Below, piece after piece: positions 11,005-22,536 of a stretch of 43,423 nucleotides of DNA. Below the pieces are notes generated by a model that saw only the letters and a program-made list of their open reading frames with translations, was not told the origin of the DNA and did no database searches. How positions within the stretch are numbered: position 1 is the stretch's first letter; every line of letters starts with the position of its first letter. The translations under genes and the position numbers were made by a program. Source of the stretch: Chiloscyllium plagiosum (lineage: Eukaryota); NCBI RefSeq assembly GCF_004010195.1, contig NC_057750.1:19059346-19102768 (forward strand). The letters run 5' to 3'.

Positions 11005-11329
11005 GGGCGGCACTGTGGCACAGTGGTTAGCACTGCTGCCTCACAGTGCCAGAGACGCGGGTTCAATTTCCACCTCAGGCAACTGTCTGTGTGGAGTTTG
11101 CACATTCTCCCTGTGTCTGCGTAGGTTTCCTTCGGGTGCCCCGGTTTCCTCCCGCAGTCCAACAATGTGCAGGTTAGGTGAATTGGCCATGCTAAATTGC
11201 CCATAGTGTTAGGTGAAGGGGTAAATGTAGGGGAATGGTCTGGGTGGGTTGCTCTTCGGAGGGTTGGTGTGGACTTGTTGGGCCGAAGGGCCTGTTTCCA
11301 CACTGTAAGTAACCTAAGTAATCTAATCT
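11005..11329 (+). mobile_element. HE1-type SINE
   Basis: Full tRNA head, core and tail. Confidence 0.9.
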
Positions 11330-11596
11330 GATCCTCAAGCATCTACTCCCTCCAACGGTGTTCAGTGTCAACAGTACATCTACTCTGTAGAAGTTCACCA
11401 AGGGCTCTTTCGACAACACCTTCCAAAACAACAACACATCCATCTGAAAGGATAAAGGGCAGCAGATGAACAGGAATGTGATCACCTGTGAGCTTCTCTC
11501 CAAGCCAATCACCATTCTGACTTGGAAATATATTGCCAATCCTTCACTGATACTGTAAAAATCCTGGACTTCTTCCTCAGACAGCATTGTGGGTCC

Positions 11597-12146
11597 AGAG
11601 GAAAGTGAGGACTGGAGATCAGAGTCGAGAGTGTGGCACTGGAAAAACACAGCAGGTCAGGCAGCATCCGAGGAACAGGAGAATCGATGTTTCAGCCAAA
11701 AGCCCTTCATCAGGAACGAGGCTTGTGGACCGAGGGGGTGGAGAGATAAATGGGGGGGCAGGGTGGAAGGTAGCTGAGAGTGCAATGGGTAGATGGAGGT
11801 TTGGGTAATGGTGATAGGTCGGAGAGGAGGGTAGAGTGGACAGGTGGAAAGGAAGATGGACAGGTAGGACAGCTCATGAGAGCGGTGTCAAGTTCGGGAG
11901 TTGGATCTGGAATAAGGCGGGGGGAGGGGAAATGAGGAAACTGGTGAAATCGGCATTCATCCTGTGCGGTTGGAGGGTCCCAAGGTGGAAGATGAGGCAT
12001 TCTTCCTCCAGGCGTGGGGTTGTTAGGTTGTGGTGATGGAGGAGGCCCAGGACATGCATGTCCTTGGTGGTGTGGGAGGGGGAATTGAAGTGTTTGGCCA
12101 TGGGACGGTGGGGTTGGTCAGTGCAGGTGTCCTGGAGATGTTCTCT
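11597..12146 (-). mobile_element. Penelope-like element P2, 3' fragment
   Basis: AKHFNSPSH..DMHVLGL..RLEEECLIFHLGTLQP is a GIY-YIG C-terminus; tgggtc duplicated at the flanks. Confidence 0.85.
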
Positions 12147-12283
12147 GGGTCTAACTACATTACATGAAACTGCAATGGGTTCAAAAAAGGCAGCTCAATA
12201 TTACCTTCTCAGGTGAACCGGGGACCAGAAAGAATGGTTGGCCCAGCCAGTGATGCTCACATCTCATGAGCAAATTAAGAAAG

Positions 12284-12402
12284 AAACGCCTTTGCAGTCT
12301 CTCATGCCACTGGCAGCTTCAGACTTTGAACGCATTTGCATTTAAAACGCCTTTGCAGTCTCTCAGGCCCCTGGCAATTTCAAACTTTGAACACATTTGC
12401 AT
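12284..12402. repeat. 61-bp tandem duplication; each copy carries CTTTGAA and the octamer ATTTGCAT
   Basis: aaacgcctttgcagtctctca at 12284 and 12345; octamers at 12334 and 12395. Confidence 0.9.
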
Positions 12403-12512
12403 GTTGTAAAGACTTGTTAACATAAAACTTGCTTTTTTTTCCATAAAATTCCAACTTTAAGATCAAGTCAGATGTGTACAAGGATCTCCTGGTCCCTCTC
12501 CTTGTGCCACAG

Positions 12513-12609
12513 AGTTCAACTAAGTGACCTGCTGACCTCAGAGCCAGCTTTAACTGACTGTGAATTAGGTGCCAGAAGACTCCTGTGTACTACTAGCATT
12601 ATCTTCAAG
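12513..12609 (+). other. Candidate 5'UTR exon of the NKPD1-like gene (true start may lie further upstream)
   Basis: Acceptor ccctctccttgtgccacag, donor AAG|gtagga; when spliced to 14015 it places an in-frame TAG upstream of the ATG. Confidence 0.35.
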
Positions 12610-13216
12610 GTAGGAATTCACTTTAAAAGAAGTATCACCATAATTCACGGTATGCAAATGCCCCACAAGTATGAACATGTCACAGGACAACATAAAGTTT
12701 GACACAGCACAAACGTCATGGACTGAATTTCGGTATCTCAATCTACTATCCACAAATCAAGATTGTGCCTCCTGTCTACCTCAGTCAGCCTATATGCCAC
12801 ATTTGCCTCTCTTGCAGGCCCCATAAGATGCCCCTCCTTTTGTAATTCCCCTCTCAGTGATAGCTCCTTCTATAATTCCTTCCAATAGCAATGCATTCTT
12901 TTTAATGCATTCAAAGTTTTCCTATAGTGTGGCACTCCACAACTGTCCACAATAATCCAGTCTTACACAAGTTCAACACCACAACCTTGCTCTTTTAAAC
13001 CACCCCTATATCTCCCTGTACAGTTCCCTCAGGCAGTGAAGATCTTTCCTGTCTTTCCGGTCTTTAATCCCTGTCTACAAAGGCAACTATAACTCCATCA
13101 AATGGTTCCCACATTATTATGAGCACTAAATGTTTCCACACTGCCTGCCTAATTCATGTCCAGCCAAATAGGATGGCAAATATAAATACATACAGGCTGA
13201 CTAGCATTTTAGGTCA

Positions 13217-13498
13217 CTGAATCCCTACAGTGCAGGGGCAGGCCATTCAGCACTTTAAGTCCACACTGGCCTTCAAACAGCACGCCATCCCCCATGGCTA
13301 ATCTACTGAGCCTGCACATCCTTGGACAACTTAGCATGACCAATTTATTTAACCTGCATATCTTTGGATTTTGTGAGGAAACTGGAGCACCCAGACACAG
13401 GAAAACTATGCAAACTCCACACAAACAGATACCTGAGGATGGAATCAAACCTGGGTCCCTGGAGCTGTGAGGCAGCAGTGCTAGCCACTGAGCCACCC
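13217..13498 (-). mobile_element. Older HE1-like SINE
   Basis: Reverse-complement tRNA head and core. Confidence 0.8.
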
Positions 13499-14042
13499 CT
13501 GTGCACAGAATGACTCCAGGCTCAGACATATCTTCACTGCAAAATGGTGGTGGACCTGCTCCCCATCTCCCATCAATACACAGTGAATGAATACCTGAGT
13601 TTACCAGGAAGGGTTGATGTAGATGACTGCTAGAAAGTAACAGAACAAGTTGAGAAAGGTATTTTAAAAATAAACCTCTGGCATGCTTGATTTGACTTTA
13701 CCAAAACTAGAAATTATATTGCTCAATTATAAGTTTCTAGCTAAATTTCCTGCACCTGAAAAAACCTTGTGGAGTTCGAGGCACCACACATGATGAAGAA
13801 TATTATCAAGGTGAAAATGAGCTGTCATGAGAATTCCCTGAGGAAGAGACCGCCCATGTTTTAAGTTTGTGCTATCTGAAAGCTATGTAGCAACGCCTTC
13901 TTTCAAATCATTGTCAACTGCGTCAGCAAATTTGGAAATACCTTTAGCACTCCTACAAATATTTTCACATTACAGAAAGTAACAATAATCATCATCAGCG
14001 TCTGCTCTCTGCAGATCTCAAGTGAAAGCTTCATTAACTAAA

Positions 14043-14064
14043 ATGTCCAACTTTGATTGCAATG
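14043..14064 (+). CDS. NKPD1: Probable first coding segment (MSNFDCN+G) of the NKPD1-like gene, in exon 14015-14064
   Basis: Acceptor tctgctctctgcag, ATG with A at -3, donor G|gtaaga in phase 1 matching the exon at 21482. Confidence 0.55.
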
Positions 14065-14811
14065 GTAAGAAAACACTTTAAGTCTGATTCAGCTAATATT
14101 TTATCAAATGTGGTTGGTGAGTTGATTTACTGTTACTATGATAAAAAACTAATTCTTTGTCGAGCTGATTTTGATAACTGCAAGTTCCTTAATCTAGTAT
14201 CGAGATGGCTACTTTCATTCTCTATTGTACCTCCCACAGTGTAAACTGGTCCTTCCTTTATTAGACGATTCAAATACAATTATTCTTCGTCACTCGTCTG
14301 GAGACAGAAATCATTCAGAAGACGTGAAATGTGACAAATGTTACTGTCATTCACAATGGATGGGTGAAGATGCAGTGAAATTATCTTGTGATCTTTTGTT
14401 GTTTAATTATTAACCTTCATAAAAGGCACTGGGTCCTATCCCACTGTCCACACTGCTCATCTTACTTTTTTATTATCCCATGCTGTGTTCCTTTTCTCTT
14501 TATTATCTTGCCCAATCCCATCCCTCTACCCTGCAGCTTCCCCTACCTTTTGTATCCAAACCAGCCTAATTTCCCTCTCTTGCTTAATCATTCAATATTT
14601 CTGATTTTTAAGAAACAATTTAATTTTCTTTAGGATGTGCTCTTGTTTCTGCTTCAACGATGATATTTATTTACAAATACACAGATTAACAATGAGATTT
14701 CTACCTCATAATGACAGTAGATTGAAACAGGCAGCAAATGGAGATAGAGATCTTGATGAGACCAGAAACTAATGTGGGCTCAGAACTGGGCTCATCCCAA
14801 GTTAGCTTCTT

Positions 14812-15209
14812 AGGAAGACAGCTAACAATCCGCATACATGAACATCAACGAGCCACGAAACGACACGACCAGCTATCCTTAGTAGCCACACACGCAGACA
14901 ACAAGCAACATGAATTCGACTGGGACAACACTACTATCATAGGGCAAGCCAGACAGAGAACAGCCAGGGAATTCCTAGAGGCATGGCATTCATCCACAAA
15001 CACCATCAACAAACACATCGACCTGGACCCAATATACCAACCACTACAGCGGACAGCTGAAACTGACAACCGGAAGCGGCAGGGACAGACCACTATAAAC
15101 ACCGGAGGAAACATCAAAGAAGCGCTTCGCAGGAGGCTCCCAAGCACTGATGATGTTGCCTAGCCAGGGGACGAAACGTTTGCAACCAAAACTTCCAGCT
15201 CGGCGAACT
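14812..15209 (+). mobile_element. Penelope-like element P1, 3' fragment
   Basis: GRQLTIRIHEHQRATKR..VATH..HEFDWDNTTII..REFLEAWH is a GIY-YIG endonuclease C-terminal half. Confidence 0.9.
15144..15183 (+). ncRNA. Minimal type I hammerhead ribozyme motif
   Basis: gca-CTGATGA-t-gtt..gac-GAAAC-GTT-tgc. Confidence 0.65.
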
Positions 15210-15229
15210 AATTCAGTATTTTTGTTTTT

Positions 15230-15560
15230 GGCCCATATCCCTTATACCTGTGCTTATGGAAAACATACCTGTATCAGATTTAAAACTAAAAAGTTATCTA
15301 GCTGTTTGTGATAAACAGTTCCAAACATCTACCACCCTTTATGTGTCGAAGTACTTCCTAACAATCTTTCCTGACCAGTCTGGTTCTAATTCTCAGACTA
15401 CGTCCTTGCATTCTAAAATCCACAACCAGTACAAAGAACAAAGAACAATACTGCACAGGAACAGGTCCTTCGGCCCTCCAAGCCTGTGTTGACACATACT
15501 GCCCTTCCACGCTAAAACTATTTTCACTTGTAGGATCTGTATCCCTCTATTCTTCGTATT
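15230..15560 (-). mobile_element. CR1 3' fragments
   Basis: acaaagaacaaagaac..cacaggaacaggtccttcggccc is a reverse-complement CR1-type tail. Confidence 0.6.
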
Positions 15561-17057
15561 CCACTATAATGACTGCCTGACAGTTGTTTGATGCAAATTA
15601 ATTTATCTTCTAAACAACTTTTGAGATGTCTTCAGGGCCATTAGTTTCTGATAGGTTTTGATTACTTCAAAATTTAACAAGAAATAGATTACTCAACGGA
15701 GAATTGTATAACTGGCATGCATTAGGATAATGACATTTTGGGTCTGCAAACGAATAGAATACTTGTCAATTCATTGTGCATTCCACATTTTAAAAATGCA
15801 TTTCAATGTTTAACAGCCTGAGTAATCATTGAGTTTCAAAGTTTGATTTTTGTCTTATTAGAAGAAATAGGATTAACGTATCAGTACTAGTCCAAATTTA
15901 TAATTAGTGGGGCAGGGGATTGCTATTATCCTGAGCTTCAGGCATGGGAAGAAAATGAATAAATACTCCACCAATATTGCTGAAATTTGGTGGTTAAGTC
16001 TTTATTGTAAGTTGATCCATGTAAATCCACACTTGTTTGCTCCTATAAATTTATATCCTGAAAAAGAACCTAAGCCAACAGCAGAGCCTGTATACTATAG
16101 ACTTTTAGCAGGGATAGGGGTTTACGGTACTTGATCCGAATTTCACTTTGGCCATAGTGGGTTTGAATTGGTTTAAACTAAAATGGATATGAAAGCAGCA
16201 GCATACAAATCCATCAAGTGTACAGATTACACCTTTTGATAAGCTATATGTGGCTGTCAATAAGTCTTGGTCATTGTATGTAATGCAGTCAGGGCAATAT
16301 TTTCTTCAAGTCGTAGATCCTGAATTAAACTTTCAACAAATTTCTTGGCTTTAAACTTTTCCCAGTGCTGATCTTCTCTGAATTATCCCTAAACCGACTT
16401 TTTTGAAGTAACTTATCTTAAGATTGAAAAAGACTGCAATGTTATCATTAGTTACTTGGCAATACAGGTAGGCATTGAATTTCTATACTAGTGAGGTGCT
16501 TGGCTTGCAGGCCAAACGTTCCAGAGATTGACTGATCAAATCAGACAACGTACCTGTCTGACTGGTTATAATGGCCAGAGTCCAGCCTACTCCACTAAAC
16601 CATACTTATAAGATGCAGGACAACATTTTTAGATCTGTTGTTGGACAGAATTTGTTGAACGATCCGAGTATGCTGATGACTGCATTGTGGATTTCAGACA
16701 ATTGGTCAAGTTTGTAATTTGCTCATTCGTGCATGCGAGAAGCAAAATGCATTCTTATGTTGGGACCTGTTTTCTGCAAGCAACAAATATATTCAAATAT
16801 TGAAAGTTTTTTGATTTATTAGGGGCTTTGTTTGTGACTGTCCCTCAGCCAATAAATCAGCTTACCAACCAATCAGAACCATTGTCGATATTATAAACTG
16901 TTAACATTTAAATTGTTAAAAGTCTGACGTTCTTGCATTTGTGCTGATTAATGCAAGACACTAAGTTTTGAAAGCATGTATCACTTTTCAGCAATATTCA
17001 ATTTTGTGAATCTTGTGGGAAATCTTGCATAAAGGCCTCACTGGCTATTTTCCTTAA

Positions 17058-17405
17058 CTGGACTTCACCAGTTTCCTCATTTCCCCTCCCTCCACCTTAT
17101 TCCAGCTCCAACCTTCCAGCTCAGCACTGTCCACATGACCTGTCCTACCTTCCAATCTCCCTTCCTACCTATCCGCTCCACTCTCCCTATTGTACTCTTT
17201 GCTACCTTCTCCCCAGCCCTGCCCCCACCCCCACCCCCAGTTTTCTCTCCACCCTGGAGGCTCCCTGCCTCCATTCCTGCTGAAGGGCTTTCGCCTGCAA
17301 CATCGATTTTCTTGCTTCTCGGATGCTGCCTGACCTGTTGTGCTTTTCCAGCACCACTCTGATTTAAACTTTGGTTTCCAGCATCTGCAGTCATCACTTC
17401 TACCT
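17058..17405 (+). mobile_element. Penelope-like P2 3' fragment
   Basis: Reverse complement of the 11600-11950 region. Confidence 0.8.
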
Positions 17406-17589
17406 CCTTAAAAGAGTACACAAGTGAAATTATCCCTAGTAGTAGGTTCTTTTTTTAAAAGGAATATTATGAAAAACTGAATTTACCCAATTTTACTCCC
17501 ATTATTTGCAGAATAGTAACGAAGGACTTTACAGATTTAAATTATACTTTACAGCTGAAGGACTGTGCTTTTTGCATCTTTGCAAAATG

Positions 17590-17890
17590 GATTAGAGATT
17601 AGATTCCCTACAATGTGGAAACAGACCTTTCAGCCCAACAAGTCCACACTGATCCTCCAAAGAGTAACCTACCCAGACCCATTTCCCTCTGACTAATGCA
17701 CCTAACACTATGGGCAATTTAGAATAGCCAATTCACATAACCTGCACATCTTTGGACTGTGGGAGGAAACCCACACAGACATAGGGGGAATGTGCAAACT
17801 CCACACAAACAGTCACCCAAGGTTGGAATTGAACCTGGGTCCCTGACACTGTGAGGCAGCAGAGCTAACCAATGAGCCACTGTGCCACCC
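17590..17890 (-). mobile_element. HE1-type SINE
   Basis: Reverse-complement head, core and tail. Confidence 0.85.
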
Positions 17891-18469
17891 CAAATGTCTA
17901 GATTGTTGCCACTGGTATAATATGTGAAAGATGTAAAAGAACAGCATTCCATGAGCTTTCGTGATTACCTTCAGCATCTGCTTGTGACATTTTAAAGATC
18001 AATCCACATGAACTCCCAAGTCTCTCAGGACTTCCACTAAATTTAGCTTCTCACCATGTGGAATGTATTCCTTTACATTCCAAAATGGATAACCTCAGAC
18101 TTGTTTACATTGAACTCCATCTGGCAGTTTTCCCATTTCACTTAGTCCATCAATACTCCTTTGTAATCTTGTATGCTACTGTCTACAATGTCTATAATGC
18201 CGCCCAATTTTCAGTCACTAGCATAGTTAGATGTATGATTTTCCATGCCATTATCCATGTCATGCGCAAACAGTGTTAATAATAGAGGCTCTAACACAGA
18301 TTCTTGTGGAACATCACTGGTCGCCTCCTATAAATTTGAGTACTTACCCATTATCCCGACTCTCTGTCACCTGCCACTCAGTTAATTTCCCAGCCATCTC
18401 AGTAATTTGCCCTCAATTCCACAGGCTTCTTTCTACCTTAGTTAACAGCCTCTCATCTGGGATTTTATC

Positions 18470-20825
18470 AGATAGTGAGGAAAGAGATCAATCTGAGAAT
18501 GGTACAGTTGAGAACAGAAGTGAGTCAAACAGTCAGGGCATGCAGGGACAAGATAGCACTAATAAATTAAACTGCATTTATTTCAATGCAAGGGGACCTA
18601 CCAGGGAAGGCAGATGAACTCAGGACATGGTTAGGAACATGGGACTGGGATATCATAGCAATTACAGAAACCTGGCTCAGGGAAGGGCAGGACTGGCAGC
18701 TTAATGTTCCAGGATACAAATGCTACAGGAAGGATACAAAGGGAGGCAAGAGAGGAGGGGGAGTGGCATTTTTGATAAGGGATAGCATTACAGCTGTGCT
18801 GAGGGAGGATATTCCTGGAAATACATCCAGGGAAGTTATTTGGGTGGAAAAGAGAAATAAGAAAGGGATGATAACCTTATTGGGATTGTATTATAGACCC
18901 CCTAATAGTCAGAAGGAAAGTAAGAAAGAAACTTGTAAGGAGATCTCAGCTATCTGTAAGAATAATAGGGTGGTTGTGGTAAGGGATTTTAACTTTCCAA
19001 ACATCGACTGGGACTGCCATNNNNNNNNNNNNNNNNNNNNNNNNNNNNNNNNNNNNNNNNNNNNNNNNNNNNNNNNNNNNNNNNNNNNNNNNNNNNNNNN
19101 NNNNNNNNNNNNNNNNNNNNNNNNNNNNNNNNNNNNNNNNNNNNNNNNNNNNNNNNNNNNNNNNNNNNNNNNNNNNNNNNNNNNNNNNNNNNNNNNNNNN
19201 NNNGCTGGAAAATGGGAAGCCTTCAGAAATGAGATAATGAGAATCCAGACAAAGTATATTCCTGTTAGGATGAATGGAAAGTCTGGTAGGTATAGGAAAT
19301 GCTGGATGACTAAAGAAATTGAGGGTTTGGTTAAGAAAAAGAAGGGAGCATATGTAAGGTATAGACAGGATAGATCGAGTGAATCCTTAGAAGAATATAA
19401 AGGAGGATACATAAAAGGGAAACCAGGATGGCAAAAAGGGGACATGAAATAGCTTTGGCAAATAGAATGAAGGAGAATCCAAAGAGTTTTTACAAATACG
19501 TTAAGGACAAAAGGTTAACGAGGGAGAGAATAGGGCCCCTCAAAGATCAGCAAGGCGGCCTTTGTGTGGAGCCACAGAAAATGAGGGAGATACTAAATGA
19601 GTATTTTGCATCAGTATTTACTGTGGAAAAGGATATGGACTGTAGGGAAATAGATGGTGACATCTTGCAAAATGTCCATATTACAAAGGAGGAAGTTCTG
19701 GATGTCTTGAAACAGGTAAAGGTGGATAAATCCTCAGGACCTGATCAGGTGTACCAAGAACTTTGTGGGAAGCTAGAGAAGTGATTGCTGGGCCTTTTGA
19801 TGAGATGTTTGTATCATCGATAGTCACAGGTGAGGTGCCAGAAGATTGGAGGTTGGCTAACATGATGCCACTGTTTAAGAAGGGTGGTAAGGACAAGCCA
19901 GGGAACTATAGACCAGTGAGCATGATGTCGGTGGTGGACAAGCTGTTGGAGGGAATCCTGAGAGACAGAATGGAGATGTATTTGGAAAGGCAAGGACTGA
20001 TTAGGGATAGTCAACATGGTTTTCTGTGTGGGAAACTTGATTGAGTTTTTTGAGGAAGTAACAAAGAGGATTGATGAGGGCAGAGCAGTAGATGTGATCT
20101 ATATGGACTTCAGTAAGGCATTCAACAAAGTTTCCCCATGGGAGATTGATTAGCAAGGTTAGATCTCACGGAATACAGGGAGAACTAGCCATTTGGATAT
20201 AGAACTGGCTCAAAGGTAGAAGACAGAGGGTGGTGGTGGAGGGTTGTTTTTCAGACTGGAGGCCTGTGACCAGTGGAGTGCCACAAGGATCGGTGCTGTT
20301 AATTCGGATAAATGCGAGGTGCTGCATTTTGGGAAAGCCAGTCTTAGCAGGACTTATACACTTAATGGTAAGGTCCCAGGGAGTGTTGCTGAACAAAGAG
20401 ACCTTGGAGTGCAGGTTCATAGCTTTTTGAAAGTGGAGTCGCAGGTAGATAGGATAGTGAAGAAGGCGTTTGGTATGCTTTGGTAGGGTAAATAGGCAAA
20501 GACTTTTCCCTGGGATTGGGGAGTCCTGAACTATAGGGCATAGGTTTAGGGTGAGAGGGGAAGGATATAAAAGAGACCTAAGGGGCAACTTTTTCACACA
20601 GAGGGTGGTACATGTATGGAATGAGCTGCCACAGGAAGTGGTGGAGGCTGGTACAATTGCAACATTTAAAGGGTATTTGGATGGGTATATGAATAGAAAG
20701 GGTTTGGAGGGATATGGGCCGGGTGCTGGCAGGTGGGACCAGATTGGGTTGGGATATCTGGTCGGCATGGATGGGTTGGACCAAAGGGTCTGTTTCCATG
20801 CTGTACATCTCTATGACTCTATGAA
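18470..20825 (+). mobile_element. CR1 LINE ORF2 (APE and RT) with frameshifts and internal deletions
   Basis: [52 protein letters not shown]; ctctatgactctatga tail. Confidence 0.95.
19021..19203. other. Assembly gap
   Basis: Run of n. Confidence 1.
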
Positions 20826-21481
20826 CCTAAATGCTTTCTGGAGGTCCATGTAAACAACATCCAGAGACATTTCCCTGTTAATTATCTTTGTCTCCTCTTC
20901 AAAAAAATTTCAGTAAGGTTTTTCAGGCATGATCTACTTCTCATGAATCCAACTTGACTAATGGAAAATTTTCAAAATGTTCAGTTACTCTAGCATTTAT
21001 TATAAACTCCCACAAATTCCTAACACAGATGTTATGCAAACTGGTCTGAAATTCCCTGGTTTTCCTCTTTTTTCCTTTAAAAAGCAGTGACATTTGCAAT
21101 TTCCCAGTCCAGAGGGACTACTTCTGTATCTAGGGAACTGTGCAAAATTTATAGTTAAATATCTACATTGTTCTCCCCGATATTTTTTAACTATCAAGTC
21201 CAGGGAATTGTCACTTTTTAATACCATGAATTTCCTCATTATTGATGTTTTACTCACATTAAGTGATATTCAGACCTGTCCCTGATCTACTATTAATTTA
21301 TTCAGACCTTCTGGCAAACTGTCCTCTTTTTCTGCTATATATACTGAGGCAAGGAAATATTCACCATGTCTGTCATTTCCCCATTGTCATTGACATAATC
21401 CCCACTTTCAGTCTTTAGTGGGTCAAGATTGCTCCTGACCACTTGCTTATCCTTTATGTAACTGCCAAATTTGTTCTTCAG

Positions 21482-21610
21482 ATCAAACTGAGTACGAAGC
21501 TTATGCAAAGTGTCTTGGGAAGGCTCTGTGCTACATTCCCACCCCGACGACAGTAGGGTTATATGCACCCTGGGGATCTGGAATCAACCAGCTTCTGCAC
21601 AATGTACAAA
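21482..21610 (+). CDS. NKPD1: Internal coding exon of an NKPD1-like KAP-family P-loop NTPase (Walker A region)
   Basis: ttgttcttcag|...|gtaagt, 129 nt, phase 1-1, open: DQTEYEAYAKCLGKALCYIPTPTTVGLYAPWGSGINQLLHNVQ; resembles remembered NKPD1 (CLAKTLCHVPVPVTVGFYAPFG) and KIDINS220 (VGLYAQWGSGKS); orthology not established. Confidence 0.85.
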
Positions 21611-21954
21611 GTAAGTTCGCTGCTTTGACATTTTCACCTAAAACAGTGTGACTAAATAGCTTGTCAATTTCTTATCCTTTTCCTTAGGCTTCCAATGGCT
21701 AATCCAGTCTGTTTGTTTAATAAGGTAGTCATTACCTTGTTCCTTATTGCAAGAGCAAGAGCTAAGATATTCTGAGATATCTGAATAATATTTTGTATTT
21801 GTCCAAGCAGCAGTACAATTGATCACGCGCAGTGCCTGTGACACCATACTGCAAGTAAATTGTGCTCTAGACTCATTGAGCATCTCTCCTAACAGAATTC
21901 GTGTCATTACTGTTATAATAATGGATTTTTGATCATGACAGAAACCTACATGTG

Positions 21955-22246
21955 GGGAGCCTCGTGGTCTTATTGCTAGACTACTAATTTGGAGACTCAG
22001 CTAATGTTCTGGGAAATGGTGGAATTTAAATTCAATAAAGAATCTGGAAATAAGGGTGTAATGCATTGTTGATCATGGGGAAAAACCATCTGGTTCATGA
22101 ACAACTTTAGGGCAGGAAACATGTCATCCTTACCTGTTCCAGCCTACATGTGACTCCAGGCCCACAGTAATGACTCTTAATTGCCCTCTGGGCAATAAGT
22201 GCTGACCCAGCCAGAGATACCTATATCCCATGAATGAGTAAATAAT
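21955..22246 (+). mobile_element. SINE family 2 (tRNA-like head, LINE B tail)
   Basis: Similar to 30412-30735 and 30825-31145. Confidence 0.7.
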
Positions 22247-22282
22247 GCTGTGGTTCTGTTCGCCGAGCTGGAAGTTTTTGTT

Positions 22283-22322
22283 GCAAACGTTTCGTCCCCT
22301 GTCTAGATGACATCCTCAGTGC
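22283..22322 (-). ncRNA. Minimal type I hammerhead ribozyme motif, stem II intact
   Basis: Minus strand gca-CTGAGGA-t-gtc..gac-GAAAC-GTT-tgc. Confidence 0.7.
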
Positions 22323-22496
22323 TTGGGAGCCTCCTGTGAAGCGCTTCTGTGGTGTTTCCTCCGGCATTTATAGACCTGGACCCAATGTACCGGCCACTAC
22401 AGCGGACAGCTGAAACTGACAACCGGAAGCGGCAGGGACAGACCACTATAAATGCCGGAGGAAACACCACAGAAGCGCTTCACAGGAGGCTCCCAA

Positions 22497-22536
22497 GCAC
22501 TGAGGATGTCACCTAGACAGGGAACGAAACGTTTGC
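22497..22536 (+). ncRNA. Minimal hammerhead motif with one stem II mismatch
   Basis: gca-CTGAGGA-t-gtc..aac-GAAAC-GTT-tgc. Confidence 0.6.

Larger units (their letters stand above)
10055..12280 (+). mobile_element. LINE B 3' region, split by CR1, SINE and Penelope insertions
   Basis: Pieces at 10055-10125, 10820-11000, 11335-11596, 12147-12280; ends ggcccagccagtgatgctcacatctcatga. Confidence 0.65.
17960..21470 (-). mobile_element. Old CR1 (17960-18468 and 20828-21470) split by a younger CR1
   Basis: KPGNFRPVCITSV and YIKDKQVVRSNLDPLKTESGD on the minus strand; ttatca|aatgctttc rejoins across the insert. Confidence 0.75.

Noticed and set aside
13765..13812. Possible + strand exon THDEEYYQ with a phase-1 donor
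   Set aside because: Weak donor (gtgaaa), no convincing acceptor or ATG; 14015-14064 fits better
16325..16604. Two phase-compatible minus-strand mini-exons (16604-16554 and 16416-16325)
   Set aside because: AAG acceptors and unrecognised peptides; plausible by chance
16632..16760. EYADDC resembling an RT catalytic motif
   Set aside because: No flanking RT motifs
18586..19452. 288-aa ORF as a host nuclease gene
   Set aside because: CR1 APE domain read through an N gap
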